Shown: piece after piece, positions 25,877-40,300 of the stretch
Layout: each line of letters opens with the position of its first letter
Numbering within the stretch: position 1 is the stretch's first letter
From: the human T2T-CHM13v2.0 reference genome, Homo sapiens
Length of the DNA stretch: 64,000 nucleotides
Assembly (NCBI RefSeq): GCF_009914755.1
Contig: NC_060933.1
Direction: 5' to 3' (one strand)
The notes under the pieces: generated by a model
The model's input: only the letters and a program-made list of their open reading frames with translations
Database searches by the model: none
What the model was told of the DNA's origin: nothing
Translations under genes and position numbers: made by a program

Positions 25877-28800
25877 AATGGAATGGAATGGAAACAACCC
25901 GAATGGAATGGAATGTAATGGAGTGTAAGGGAATTGAATACAATCAATCCGAATGTAATGGAATGGAATGGAACGGAATGGAATGGAATGGAATGCAGTG
26001 GAATGGAATCAAACCTAGTGCAATGGAATGGAATGGAATGGAATGGAATGGAAGGGATTGGATTCAACCCAAATGGAATGGAAAGCAATGGAATCAACCC
26101 GAGTGGAATGGCACGGAATGGAATGGAATGGAATGGAATGGAATGGAATGGTACAGAATAGAATGGAATGGAACGAAATGGAATGGAATGGAATGGAATG
26201 GAACGGAATGGAATGGAATCAACTCGATTGCAATGGAATGTAATGTAATGGAATGGAATGGAATTAACGCGAATAGAATGGAATGGAATGTAATGGAACG
26301 GAATGGAATGGAATGGGATGGAATGGAATCAATCTGAGTGCAGGGGAATGGAATGGAATGGAATGCAATGGAATGGAATGCAATGGAATGGAATGCAATG
26401 GAATCAACTAGATTGCAATGGGATGGAATGGAATGGAATGGAATGGAAGGCAATGGAATGGAATGGAATTAACCTGAACAGAATGGAATGGAATGGAATG
26501 GAACGGAATGGAATGGAATGGAATGGAATGGAATGGAATGGATTCAAACCGAATGGAATGGAAAGGAATGGAATAAACCCGAGTGAAATGGCTTGGAAGG
26601 GAATGGAATGGAATGGAATGGTACGGAGTAGAATGGAATGGAACGAAATGGAATGGAATGGAATGGAATGGAATGGAATGGAATGGAATGGAATGAACCC
26701 GTGAGCAATGGAATGGAATGGAATGGAATGGAATGGAATGGAATGGAAGGGAATGGAATGGGTTCAATTCGAATGGAATGGAAAGGAATGGAATCAACCC
26801 GAGTGCAATGGCATGGAATGGAATGGAATGGAATGGAATGGAATGGATTCAACCCGAATGGAATGGAAAGGAATGGAATAAACCCGAGTGGAATGGCATG
26901 GAATGGAGTGGAATGGAATGGAATGGAATGGAATGGAATGGAATGGAATGGAATTAACCCTAATAGAATGGAATGGAATGGAATGGAATGGAATGGAATG
27001 GAATGGAATGGAAGGGAATGGAATGGAATGGAATGGAATGGAATTAACACGAATAGAATGGAATGGAATGGAATGGAATGGAATGGAATGGAATCAACTC
27101 GATTTCATTGGAATGGAATGGAATGGAATGGAATGGAATGGAAGGGAATGGAATGAAATTAACCCGAATAGAATGGAATGGAATGGAATGGAATGGAATG
27201 GAATGGAATGGAATGGAATAGAATGGAATCCAACCGAGTGCAGTGGAATGGAATGGAATGGAATGCAATGGAATGGAATCATACGGAATGGAATGGAATG
27301 GAATGGAATGAAATGGAATGGAATGCAATGGAATGGAATGGAATCAACCCGATTGCAATGGAATGGAGTGGAATGGAATGGAATGGAATGGAAACAACCC
27401 GAATGGAATGGAATGTAATGGAGAGTAAGGGAATTGAATAGAATCAATACGAATGTAATGGAATGGAATGGAATGGAATGGAATGCAATGGAATGGAATG
27501 GAATGCAATGGAATGGGATCAACCCGAGTGAAATGGAATGGAATCGAAAGGAATGGAATGGAATGGAATGGTTTCAACCAGAATGGAATGGAAAGGAATG
27601 GAATCAACCCGAGTGGAACGGAATGGAGTGGAATGGAATGGAATGGAATGGAATGGAATGGGTTCAACTCGAATGGAATGGAAAAGAATGGAATCAACCC
27701 GAGTGGAATGGCATGGAATGGAATGGAATGGAATGGAATGGAATGGAATGGATTCAACTCGAATGGAATGGAAGGGAATGGAATAAACTCGAGTGGAATG
27801 GCATGGAATGGAGTGGAATGGAATTGAATGGAAGGGAATGGTACGGAATAGAATGGAATGGAACGAAATGGAATGGAATGGAATGGAATGGAATGGAATG
27901 AACCCGTGTGCAATTGAATGGAATCGAATGGAATGGAATGCAATGGAATGGATTCAACTAGAATGGAATGGAAAGGAATGGAATCAACCCGAGTGGAATG
28001 GCATGGCATGGAATGGAATGGAATGGAATGGAAAGGAATGGTACGGAATAGAATGGAATGGAACGAAATGGAATGGAATGGAATGGAATGGAATGGAATA
28101 GAATGGAATGGAATAGAATGGAATCCACCCGATTGCAGGGGAATGGAATGGAATGGAATGGAATGGAATGGAATGGAATGGAATGGAATGGAATGGATTC
28201 AACCCGAATGGAATGGAAAGGAATGGAATCAACCCGAGTGGATTGGCATGGAATGGAATGGAATGGAATGGAATGGTAGGGAATAGAATGGAATGGAACG
28301 AAATGGAATGGAATGGAATGGAATGGAATGGAATGGAATGGAATGGAATGGAATGGAATCAACCTGAGTGCAATGGAATGGAGTGGAAGGGAATGTAATG
28401 GAACGGAAACAACACGAATGTAATGGAATGTAATGGAGTGTAAGGGAATTGAATACAATCAATCCGAATGTAATGGAATGGAATGGAATGGAATGGAATG
28501 GAATGCAATGGAATGGAATGGAATGGAATGGAATGGAATGGAATGGAATAAAATGGAATGGCAGGGAATGGAATGGAATCAACCCGAGTGCAATGGAATG
28601 GAATGGAATGGAATGGAATGGAATGGAATGGAATGGATTCAACCCGAATGGAATGGAAAGGAATGGAATAAACCCGAGTGGAATGGCATGGAATGGAATG
28701 GAATGGAATAGAATGGTACGGAATAGAATGGAATGGAACGAAATGGAATGGAATGGAATGGAATGGAATGGAATGGAATGGAATGGAATCAACCTGAGTG

Positions 28801-28899
28801 CAATGGAATGGAATGGAATGGAATGGAATGGAATGGAATGGAAACAACCCGAATGGAATGGAATGTAATGGAGTGTAAGGAATTGAATACAATCAATCC

Positions 28900-31370
28900 G
28901 AATGGAATGGAATGTAATGGAGTGTAAGGAATTGAATACAATCAATCCGAATGTAATGGAATGGAATGGAACGGAATGGAATGGAATGGAATGCAGTGGA
29001 ATGGAATCAAACCTAGTGCAATGGAATGGAATGGAATGGAATGGAATGGAATGGATTGGATTCAACCCAAATGGAATGGAAAGCAATAGAATCAACCCGA
29101 GTGGAATGGCATGGAATGGAATGGAATGGAATGGAATGGAATGGAATGGAATGGTACGGAATAGAATGGAATGGAACGAAATGGAATGGAATGGAATGGA
29201 ATGGAACGGAATGGAATGGAATCAACTCGATTGCAATGGAATGTAATGGAATGGAATGGAATTAACGCGAATAGAATGGAATGGAATGGAATGGAACGGA
29301 ATTGAATGGAATGGGATGGAATGGAATGAATCTGAGTGCAGGGGAATGGAATGGAATGGAATGCAATGGAATGGAATGGAATGGAATGGAATGCAATGGA
29401 ATCAACTCGATTGCAATTGGATGGGATGTAATGGAATGGAATGGAATGGAAGGGAATGGAATGGAATGGAATTAACCTGAACAGAATGGAATGGAATGGA
29501 ATGGAACGGAATGGAATGGAAACAACCCGAATGGAATGGAATGTAATGGAGTGTAAGGGAATTGAATAGAATCAATACGAATGTAATGGAATGGAATGGA
29601 ACGGAATGGAATGCAATGGAATGGAATGCAATGCAATGGAATGGGATCAACCCGAGTGTAATGGAATGGAATCGAAAGGAATGGAATGGAATGGAATGGT
29701 TTCAACCCGAATGGAATGGAAAGGAATGGAATCATCCAGAGTGGAATGGAATGGAATGGAATGGAATGGAATGGAATGGAATGGAATGAACCCGTGTGCA
29801 ATGGAATGGAATCGAATGGAATGGAATGGAATGGAATGGATTCAAGTCGAATGGAATGGAAAGGAATGGAATCAACCCGAGTGGAATGGCATGGAATGGA
29901 ATGGAATGAAATGGAATGGAATGGAATGGAATGGTACGGAATAGAACGGAATGAAACGAAATGGAATGGAATGGAATGGAATGGAAAGGAATGGAATGGA
30001 ATCAACCCGAGTGCAGGGGAATGGAATGGAATGGAAGGCAATGGAATGCAATCATCCGGAATTGAATGGAATGGAATGGAATGGAATGGAATGGAATGGA
30101 ATGGAAACAACCCGAATGGAATGGAATGTAATGGAGTGTAAGGAATTGAATACAATCAATCCGAATGTAATGGAATGGAATGGAACGGAATGGAATGGAA
30201 TGGAATGCAGTGGAATGGAATCAAACCTAGTGCAATGGAATGGAATGGAATGGAATGGAATGGAATGGATTGGATTCAACCCAAATGGAATGGAAAGCAA
30301 TAGAATCAACCCGAGTGGAACGGCATGGAATGGAATGGAATGGAATGGAATGGAATGGAATGGTACGGAATAGAATGGAATGGAACGAAATGGAATGGAA
30401 TGGAATGGAATGGAACGGAATGGAATGGAATCAACTCGATTGCAATGGAATGTAATGGAATGGAATGGAATTAACGCGAATAGAATGGAATGGAATGGAA
30501 TGGAACGGAATAGAATGGAATGGGATGGAATGGAATCAATCAGACTGCAGGGGAATGGAATGGAATGCAATGGAATGGAATGGAATGGAATGGAATGCAA
30601 TGGAATCAACTCGATTGCAATTGGATGGAATGGAATGGAATGGAATGGAATTGAATGGAAGGGAATGGAATGGAATGGAATTAACCTGAAGAGAATGGAA
30701 TGGAATGGAATGGAACGGAATGGAATGGAATGGAATGGAATGGAATCAACCCGATTGCAATGGAATGGAGTGGAATGGAATGGAATGGAATGGAAACAAC
30801 CCCAATGGAATGGAATGTAATGGAGTGTAAGGGAATTGAATAGAATCAATACGAATGTAATGGAATGGAATGCAACGGAATGGAATGCAATGGAATGGAA
30901 TGCAATGCAATGGAATGGGATCAACCCGAGTGTAATGGAATGGAAACGAAAGGAATGGAATGGAATGGAATGCTTTCAACCCGAATGGAATGGAAAGGAA
31001 TGGAATCATCACGAGTGGAATGGAATGGAATGGAATGGAATGGAATGGAATGGAATGGAATGAACCCGTGTGCAATGGAATGGAATCGAATGGAATGGAA
31101 TGGAATGGAATGGATTCAAGTCGAATGGAATGGAAAGGAATGGAATCAACCCGAGTGGAATGGCATGGAATGGAATGGAATGAAATGGAATGGAATGGAA
31201 TGGAATGGTACGGAATAGAACGGAATGAAACGAAATGGAATGGAATGGAATGGAATGGAAAGGAATGGAATGGAATCAACCCGAGTGCAGGGGAATGGAA
31301 TGGAATGGAAGGCAATGGAATGCAATCATCCGGAATTGAATGGAATGGAATGGAATGGAATGGAATCAAC
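28900..31370 (-). repeat. ~1.2-1.27 kb tandem duplication
   Basis: Markers: GTAAGGAATTG (1-bp deletion) ~28924/~30138, AAGCAATAGAATC 29081/30295, TTCAAGTCGA 29841/31115, ATAGAACGGAATGAAACG 29941/31215. Confidence 0.85.
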
Positions 31371-34300
31371 TCGATTGCAATGGAATGTAATGGAATGCAA
31401 TGGAATGGAATTAACCCTAATAGAATGGAATGGAATGGAATGGAAGGGAATGGAATGGAATGGAATGGAATGGAATGGAATTAACCGGAATAGAATGCAA
31501 TGGAATGGAATGGAATGGAATGGAATGGAATGAAATGGAATCAACTCGATTTCAATGGAATGGAATGGAATGCAATGGAATGGAATGGAATGGAATGGAA
31601 TGAAATTAACCCGAATAGAATGGAATGGAATGGAATGGAATGGAATAGAATGGAATGGAATAGAGTGGAATGGAATGGAATGGAATATAATGGAATCCAC
31701 CCGAGTGCAGGGGAATGGAATGGAATGGAATGCAATGGAATGGAATCATACGGAATGGAATGGAATGGAATGGAATGGAATCAACCCGATTGCAATGGAA
31801 TGGAGTGGAATGGAATGGAATGGAATGGAAACAACCCGAATGGAATGGAATGGAATGGAGTGTAAGGGAATTGAATAGAATCAATACGAATGTAATGGAA
31901 TGGAATGGAGTGTAAGGGAAGTGAATAGAATCAATACGAATGTAATGGAATGGAATGGAACGGAATGGAATGCAATGGAATGGAATGGAATCCAATGGAA
32001 TGGGTTCAACCCGAGTGCAATGGAATGGAATCGAAAGTAATGGAATGGAATGGAATGGATTCAACACGAATGGAATGGAAAGGAATGGAATCAACCCGAG
32101 TGGAATGGAATTTAATGGAATGGAATGGAATGGAATGCAGTGAAATGGAATCAAACCTAGTGCAATGGAATGGAATGGAATGGAATGGAATGGAATGGAT
32201 TAGATTCAACCCAAATGGAATGGAAAGCAATGGAATCAACCCGAGTGGAATGGCATGGCATGGAATGGAATGGAATGGAATGGAATGGAATGGAAAGGTA
32301 CGGAATAGAATGGAATGGAACGAAATGGAATGGAATGGGATGGAATGGGATGGAATGGAATGGAATGGAATAGAATGGAATCCACCCGATTACAGGGGAA
32401 TGGAATGGAATGGAATGCAATGGAATGGAATGGAATGGATTCAACCCGAATGGAATGGAAAGGAAAGGAATAAACCCGAGTGAAATGGCATGGAAGGGAA
32501 TGGAATGGAATGCAATGGTACGGAGTAGAATGGAATGGAACGAAATGGAATGGAATGCAATGGAATGGCATGGAATTGGATGGAATGAACCCGTGAGCAA
32601 TGGAATGGAATGGAATGGAATGCAATGGAATGGAATGGAATGGGTTCAACTCGAATGGAATGGAAAGGAATGGAATCAACCCGAGTGGAATGGCATGGAA
32701 TGGAATGGAATGGAATGGAATTGAATGGAATGGAATGGATTCAACCCGAATGGAATGGATTCAACCCGAATGGAATGGAAAGGAACGGAATAAACCCGAG
32801 TGGAATGGCATGGAATGGAGTGGAATGGAATGGAATGGAAGGGAATGGTATGGAATAGAATGGAATGGAACGAAATGGAATGGAATGGAATGGAATGGAA
32901 TGGAATGGAATGGAATGGAATGAACCCGTGTGCAATTGAATGGAATCGAATGGAATGGAATGCAATGGAATGGATTCAACTAGAATGGAATGGAAAGGAA
33001 TGGAATCAACCCGAGTGGAATGGCATGGCATGGAATGGAATGGAATGGAATGGAATGGAAAGGTATGGAATAGAATGGAATGGAACGAAATGGAATGGAA
33101 TGGAATGGAATGAATGGAATGGAATGGAATAGAATGGAATCCACCCGATTGCAGGGGAATGGAATGGAACGGAATGCAATGGAATGGAATGGAATGGATT
33201 CAACCCGAATGGAATGGAAAGGAATGGAATCAACCCGAGTGGAATGGCATGGAATGGAATGGAATGGAATGGAATGGTACGGAATAGAATGGAATGGAAC
33301 GAAATGGAATGGAATGGAATGGAATGGAATGGAATCAACCTGAGTGCAATGGAATGGAGTGGAATGGAATGTAATGGAACGGAAACAACCCGAATGGAAT
33401 GGAATGTAATGGAGTGTAAGGGAATTGAATACAATCAATCCGAATGTAATGGAATGGAATGGAACGGAATGGAATGGAATGGAATGGAATGGAATGGAAT
33501 GGAATGGAATGAAATGGAATGGCAGGGAATGGAATGGAATCAACCCGAGTGCAAAGGAATGGAATGGAATGGAATGGAATGGAATGGAATGGAATGGATT
33601 CAACCCGAATGGAATGGAAAGGAATGTAATAAACCTGAGTGGAATGGCATGTAATGGAATGGAATGGAATGGAATGGTACGGAATAGAATGGAATGGAAC
33701 GAAATGGAATGGAAAGGAATGGAATCAACCTGAGTGCAATGGAATGGAGTGGAATGGAATGTAATGGAATGGAAACAACCCGAATGGAATGGAATGTAAT
33801 GGAGTGTAAGGGAATTGAATACAATCAATCCGAATGTAATGGAATGGAATGGAACGGAATGGAATGGAATGGAATGCAGTGGAATGGAATCAAACCTAGT
33901 GCAATGGAATGGAATGGAATGGAATGGAATGGAATGGAATGGAATGGAATGGATTGGATTCAACCCAAATGGAATGGAAAGCAATGGAATCAACCCGAGT
34001 GGAATGGCATGGAATGGAATGGAATGGAATGGAATGGAATGGAATGGAATGGTACAGAATAAAATGGAATGGAACGAAATGGAATGGAATGGAATGGAAT
34101 GGAACGCAATGGAATGGAATCAACTCGATTGCAGTGGAATGTAATGGAATGGAATGGAATGGAATTAACGCGAATAGAATGGAATGGAATGTAATGGAAC
34201 GGAATGGAATGGAATGAGATGGAATGGAATCAATCTGAGTGCAGGAGAATGGAATGGAATGGAATGCAATGGAATGGAATGGAATGGAATGGAATGGAAT

Positions 34301-37300
34301 GCAATGGAATCAACTAGATTGCAATGGGATGGAATGGAATGGAATGGAATGGAAGGGAATGGAATGGAATGGAATTAACCTGAACAGAATGGAATGGAAT
34401 GGAATGGAACGGAATGGAATGGAATGGAATGGAATGGAATGGAATGCAATGCAATGGGATCAACCCGAGAGCAGTGGAATGGAATGGAATGGAATGCAAT
34501 GGAATGGAATCAATCAACCCGAGTGCAATAGAATGCAGTGGAATGGAATGGAATGGAATGGAAATTACCCGAATGGAAAGGAATGTAATGGAGTGTAAGG
34601 GAATTAAAAAGAATCAATCCGAATGTAATGGAATGGAATGGAACGGAATGGAATGGAATGGAATGGAATGGAATGGAATGAAATGGAATGGCATGGAATG
34701 GAATGGAATCAACCCGAGTTCAATGGATTGGAATCAAATGGAATGGAATGGAATGGAATGGATTCAACCCGAATGGAATGGAAAGGAATGGAATAAACCC
34801 GAGTGAAATGGCATGGAAGGGAAAGGAATGGAATGGAATGGTAAGGAATAGAATGGAATGGAACGAAATGGAATGGAATGGAATGGAATGGAATGGAATG
34901 GAATGGAATGAACCCGTGTGCAATGGAATGGAATGGAATGGAATGGAATGGAATGGAATGAAATGGGTTCAACCAGAATGGAATGGAAAGGAATGGAATC
35001 AACCCGAGTGGAATGGCATGGAATGGAATGGAATGGAATGGAATGAAACGGAATGGAAGGGAATGGATTGAAATGGAATGGAATGGAATGGAATCAACCC
35101 GAGTGCAATGTAATGGAATTGAATGGAATGGAATGGAATGGAATGGAATGAATTCAACCCGAATGGAATGGAAAGGAATGGAATAAACCCGAGTGGAATG
35201 GCATGGAATGGAGTGGAATGGAATGGAATGGAATACTACGGAAGAGAATGGAATGGAACGAAATGGAATGGAATGGAATGGAATGGAATGGAATGGAATG
35301 GAATGGGTTCAACTCGAATGGAATGGAAAGGAATGGAATCAACCCGAGTGGAATGGCATGGAATGGAATGGAATGGAATGGAATGGAATTGAATGGAATG
35401 GAATGGAATGGTACGGAATAGAATGGAATGGAACGAAATGGAATGGAATGGAATGGAATGGAATGGAATGGAATGGAATGGAATGGAATGGAACGGAATC
35501 AACCCGAGTGCAGGGGAATGGAATGGAATGGAAGGAAATGGAAGGGAATCATCAGGAATTGAATGGAATGGAATGGAATGGAATGGAATGGAATGGAATG
35601 GAATGAACTCGATTGAAATGGAATGGAATGGAATGGAATGGAATGGAATGGAATGGAATGGAATTAACCCTAAAAGAATGGAATGGAATGGAATGGAATG
35701 GAATGGAATGGAATGGAATGGAATGGAATTAACCTGAATAGAATGGAATGCATTGGAACGGAATGGAATGGAATGGAATGGAATGGAATGGAATGGAATG
35801 GAATGGAATGGAATGGAATCAACTCGATTTCAATGGAATGGAATGGAAAGGAATGGAATGGAATGAAAGGGAATGGAATGGAATGAAATGGAATGGAATG
35901 GAATGGAATGAAATTAACCCGAATAGAATGGAATGGAATGGCATGGAATGGAATGGAATGGAATGGAATGGAATGGAATGGAATGGAATAGAATGGAATC
36001 CACCCGAGTGCAGGGGAATGGAATGGAATGGAATGCAATGGAATGGAATCATACGGAAAGGAATGGAATGGAATGGAATGGAATGGATTCAACCCGAATG
36101 GAATGGAAAGGAATGGAATCAACCCGAGTGGAATGGCATGGAATGGAATGGAATGGAACGGAATGGAATGTTAAGGAATAGAAAGAATGGAACGAAATGG
36201 AATGGAATGGAATGAAATGGAATGGAATGGAATGGAATCAACCTGACTGCAATGGAATGGAGTGGAATGGAATGTAATGGAATGGAAACAGCCCGAATGG
36301 AATGGAATGTAATGGAGTGTAAGGGAATTTAGTACAATCAGTACGAATGTAATGGAATGGAATGGAACGGAATGGAATGGAATGGAAAGGAATGGAATCA
36401 ACACGAGTGCAGGGGAATGGAATGGAAGGGAATACAATGGAATGGAATCATCCTGAATGGAATGGAATGCAATGGAATGGAATCAATCAACCCGAGTGCA
36501 ATAGAATGCAGAGGAATGGAATGGAATGGAATGGAAAGTACCCGAATGGAATGGAATGTAATTGAGTGTAAGGGAATTAAAAAGAATCAATCCGAATGTA
36601 ATGGAATTGAACGGAAAGGAATGGAATGGAATGGAACGGAATGGAATGGAATGGAATGAAATGGAATGGCATGGAATGGAATGGAATCAACCCGAGTTCA
36701 ATGGAATGGAATGGAATGGAATGGAATGGATTCAACCGGAATGGAATGGAAAGGAATGGAATAAACCCGAGTGAAATGACATGGAAGGGAATGGAATGGA
36801 ATGGAATGGTAAGGAATAGAATGGAATGGAACGAAATGGAATGGAATGGAATGGAATGGAATGGATTGGAATGGAATGAACCCGTGTGCAATGGAATGGA
36901 ATGGAATGGAATGGAATGGAATAGAATGGAATGGGTTCAACTGGAATGGAATGGAAAGGAATGGAATCAACCCGAGTGGAATGGCATGGAATGGAATGGA
37001 ATGGAAGGGAATGGAATGGAAGGGAATGGAATGAAATGGAATGGAATGGAATGGAATCAACCCGAGTGCAATGGAATGGAATGGAATGGAATGGAATGGA
37101 ATGAATTCAACCCGAATGGAATGGAAAGGAATGGAATAAACCCGAGTGGAATGGCATGGAATGAAGTGGAATGGAATGGAATGGAATGGTACGGAAGAGA
37201 ATGGAATGGAAAGAAATGGAATGAAATGGAATAGAATGGAATGGAATGGAATGGAATGCAATGAATCCGTGAGCAATGGAATGGAATGGAATGGAATGGA

Positions 37301-40300
37301 ATCGAATGGAATGGATTCTACTCGAATGGAATGGAAAGTAATGGAATCAACCCGTGTGGAATGGCATGGAATGGAATGGAATGGAATGGAAAGGAATGGA
37401 ATCAACCCGAGTGCAGAGGAATGGAATGGAATGGAAGGCAATGGATTGGAATGAAATGGAATGGCATGGAATGGAATGGAATCAACCCGAGTTCAATGGA
37501 ATTGAATGGAATGGAATGGAATAGAATGGAATGGAATCAACTCGATTGCAATGGAATGGAATGGAATGGAATGGAATGGAATGGAATGGAATTAACCCTA
37601 ATAGAATGGAATGGAATGGAATAGAATGGAATGGAATGGAAGGGAATGGAATGGAATGGAATGGATTTAACCAGAATAGAATGGAATGGAATGGAATTGA
37701 ATGGAATGGAATGGAATGGAATCAACTCGATTTCAATGGAATGGAATGGAATGGAATGGAATGGAATGGAATGGAATGGAATGGAATAGAATGGAATCCA
37801 CCCGAGTGCAGGGGAATGGAATGGAATAGAATGCAATGGAATGGAATCATACGGAATGGAAAGGAATGGAATGGAATTTAATGGAATGGAATGGAATGGA
37901 AACAAACCGAATGGAATGGAATGTGATGGATTGTAAGGGAATTGAATAGAATCAATCCGAATGTAATGGAATTGAATGGAACGGAATGGAATGTAATGGA
38001 ATGGAATGGAATGGAATGGAATGCAAAGGAATGGGATCAACCCGAGTGCAATGGAATGGAATCGAAAGGAATGGAATGGCATGGAAAGGCTTCACCCCGA
38101 ATGGAATGGAAAGGAATGGAATCAACCCGAGTGGAATGGAATGCAATGGAATGGAATGGAATGGAATGGAATGCAATGGAATGGAACGGAATGGAATCAA
38201 CCCGATTGCAATGAAATGGAATGGAATGGAATGGAATGGAATGGAATTAACCCGAATAGAATGGAATGGAATGGAATGGAATGGTATGGAATGGAAGGGA
38301 ACGGAATGGAATGGAATGGAATGGAATGGAATGGAATCAACCCGGGTGCAGGGGAATGCAATTGAATGGAAGGCAATGGAATGCAATCATCCGGAATGGA
38401 ATGGAATAGAATGGAATGGAATGGTTTCAACCCGAATGGAATGGAATGGAAAGGAATCAACCCGAGTGGAATGGCATGGAATGGAATGGAATGGAATGGA
38501 ATGGAATGGAATGGAATGGTATGGAATAGAATGGAATGGAACGAAATGGAATGGAAAGGAATGGAATGGAATGGAATGGAATCAACCCGACTGCAATGGA
38601 ATGGAGTGGAAAGGAATTGAATGGAATGGAAACAACCCGAATGGAATGGAATGTAATGGAGTGTAAGGGAATTGAATACAATCAATACGAATGTAATGGA
38701 ATGGAATGGAACGGAATGGAATGGAATGGAATGGAATGGAATGGAATGGAATGGATTCAACCCAAATGGAATGGAAAGCAATGGAATCAACCCGAGTGGA
38801 ATGGCATGGAACGGAATGGAATGGAATGGTATGGAATAGAATGGAATGGAAAGAAATGGAATGGAATGGAATGGAATGGAACGGAATGGAATGGAAAGGA
38901 ATGGAATGGAATGGAATGGAATAGAATGGAATGGAACGAAATGGAATGGAATGGAACGGAATGGAATGGAATCAATCCAAGTGGATTAGAAGGGAATGCA
39001 ATCGAGTAGAATGGAAAGGAATGGAATCAACCAGAGTGGAATGGAAGGGAATGGAATGGAATGGAAACTAATAAAATGGAATCAACACGAGTGGAATGGA
39101 ATGGAAAGGACTTGAATGGAATGGAATGGAATGGAATGGAATCAACTCGATTGCAATGGAATGTAATGGAATGGAATTGAATGGAATTAATGCGAATAAA
39201 GTGGATTGGAATGGAATGGAACGGAATGGAATGGAATGGAATGGAATGGAATCAAACTGAGTGCAGGGGAATGGAATGGAATGGAATGGAATAGAATGGA
39301 ATGGAATGGAAGGGAATGGAATGGAATGGAATTAACCTGAACAGAATGGAATGGAATGGAATGGAACGGAATGGAATGGAATGGAATGGAATGGAATCCA
39401 CCCGAGTTCAGGGGAATGGAATGGAATGGAATGCAATGGAATGGAATCAATCAACCCGAGTGCAATAGAATGCAGTGGAATGGAATGGAATGGAATGGAA
39501 AGTACCCGAATGGAATGGAATGTAATGGAGTGTAAGGGAATTAAAAAGAATCAATACGAATGTAATTGAATGGAATGGAACGGAATAGAATGGAATGGAA
39601 TGGAATGGAATGGAATGAAATGGAATGGCATGGAATGGAATGGAATCAACCCGAGTGCAATGGAATGGAATTGAATGGAATGGAAGGGAATGGAATGGAT
39701 TGAACCCGAATGCAATGGAAAGGAATGGAATAAACCCGAGTGGAATGGCATGGAATGGAATGGAATGGAATGGAATGGAATGGTACGGAATAGAATGGAA
39801 AAGAACGAAATGGAATGGAATGGAATGGAATGGAATGAACCCGTGTGCAATGGAATGGAATGGAATGGAATGCAATGGAATGGAATGGGTTCAACTCGAA
39901 AGGAATGGAAAGGAATGGAATCAACCCGAGTGGAATGGCATGGAATGGAATGGAATGGAATGGTATGGAATGGAATGGAATGGAATGGAATGGAATGGAA
40001 TGGAATGGAATGGATTGGAATCAACCCGAGTGTAATGTAATGGAATCGAATGGAATGGAATGGAATGGAATGGATTCAACCCAAATGGAATTGAAAGGAA
40101 TGGAATCAACCTGAGTGGAATGGCATGGAATGGACTGGAATGGAATGGAATGGTACGGAATAGAATGGAATGGAACGAAATGGAATGGAATGGAATGGAA
40201 TGGAATGGAATGGAATGGAATGAACCCGTGTGCAATGGAATGGAATCGAATGGAATGGAATGGAATGGAAAGGATACAACTCGAATGGAATGGAAAGGAA

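Noticed and set aside
25639-26097. ORF changing from IPFHS to MEWNG repeats, resembling a two-domain protein
   Set aside because: It simply crosses the inversion breakpoint.
24360-26500. Perfect fold-back palindrome (read or assembly artefact) at the inversion
   Set aside because: Beyond 17 bp the arms differ in module order and private variants, so the right arm is not a copy of the adjacent left arm. Read support is still needed.
38970-39210. Possible non-satellite or mobile-element insertion in the degenerate stretch
   Set aside because: It aligns by eye to the HSat3 module at 19850-20130 in reverse, and shows no target-site duplication, poly-A tail or Alu/L1 sequence.
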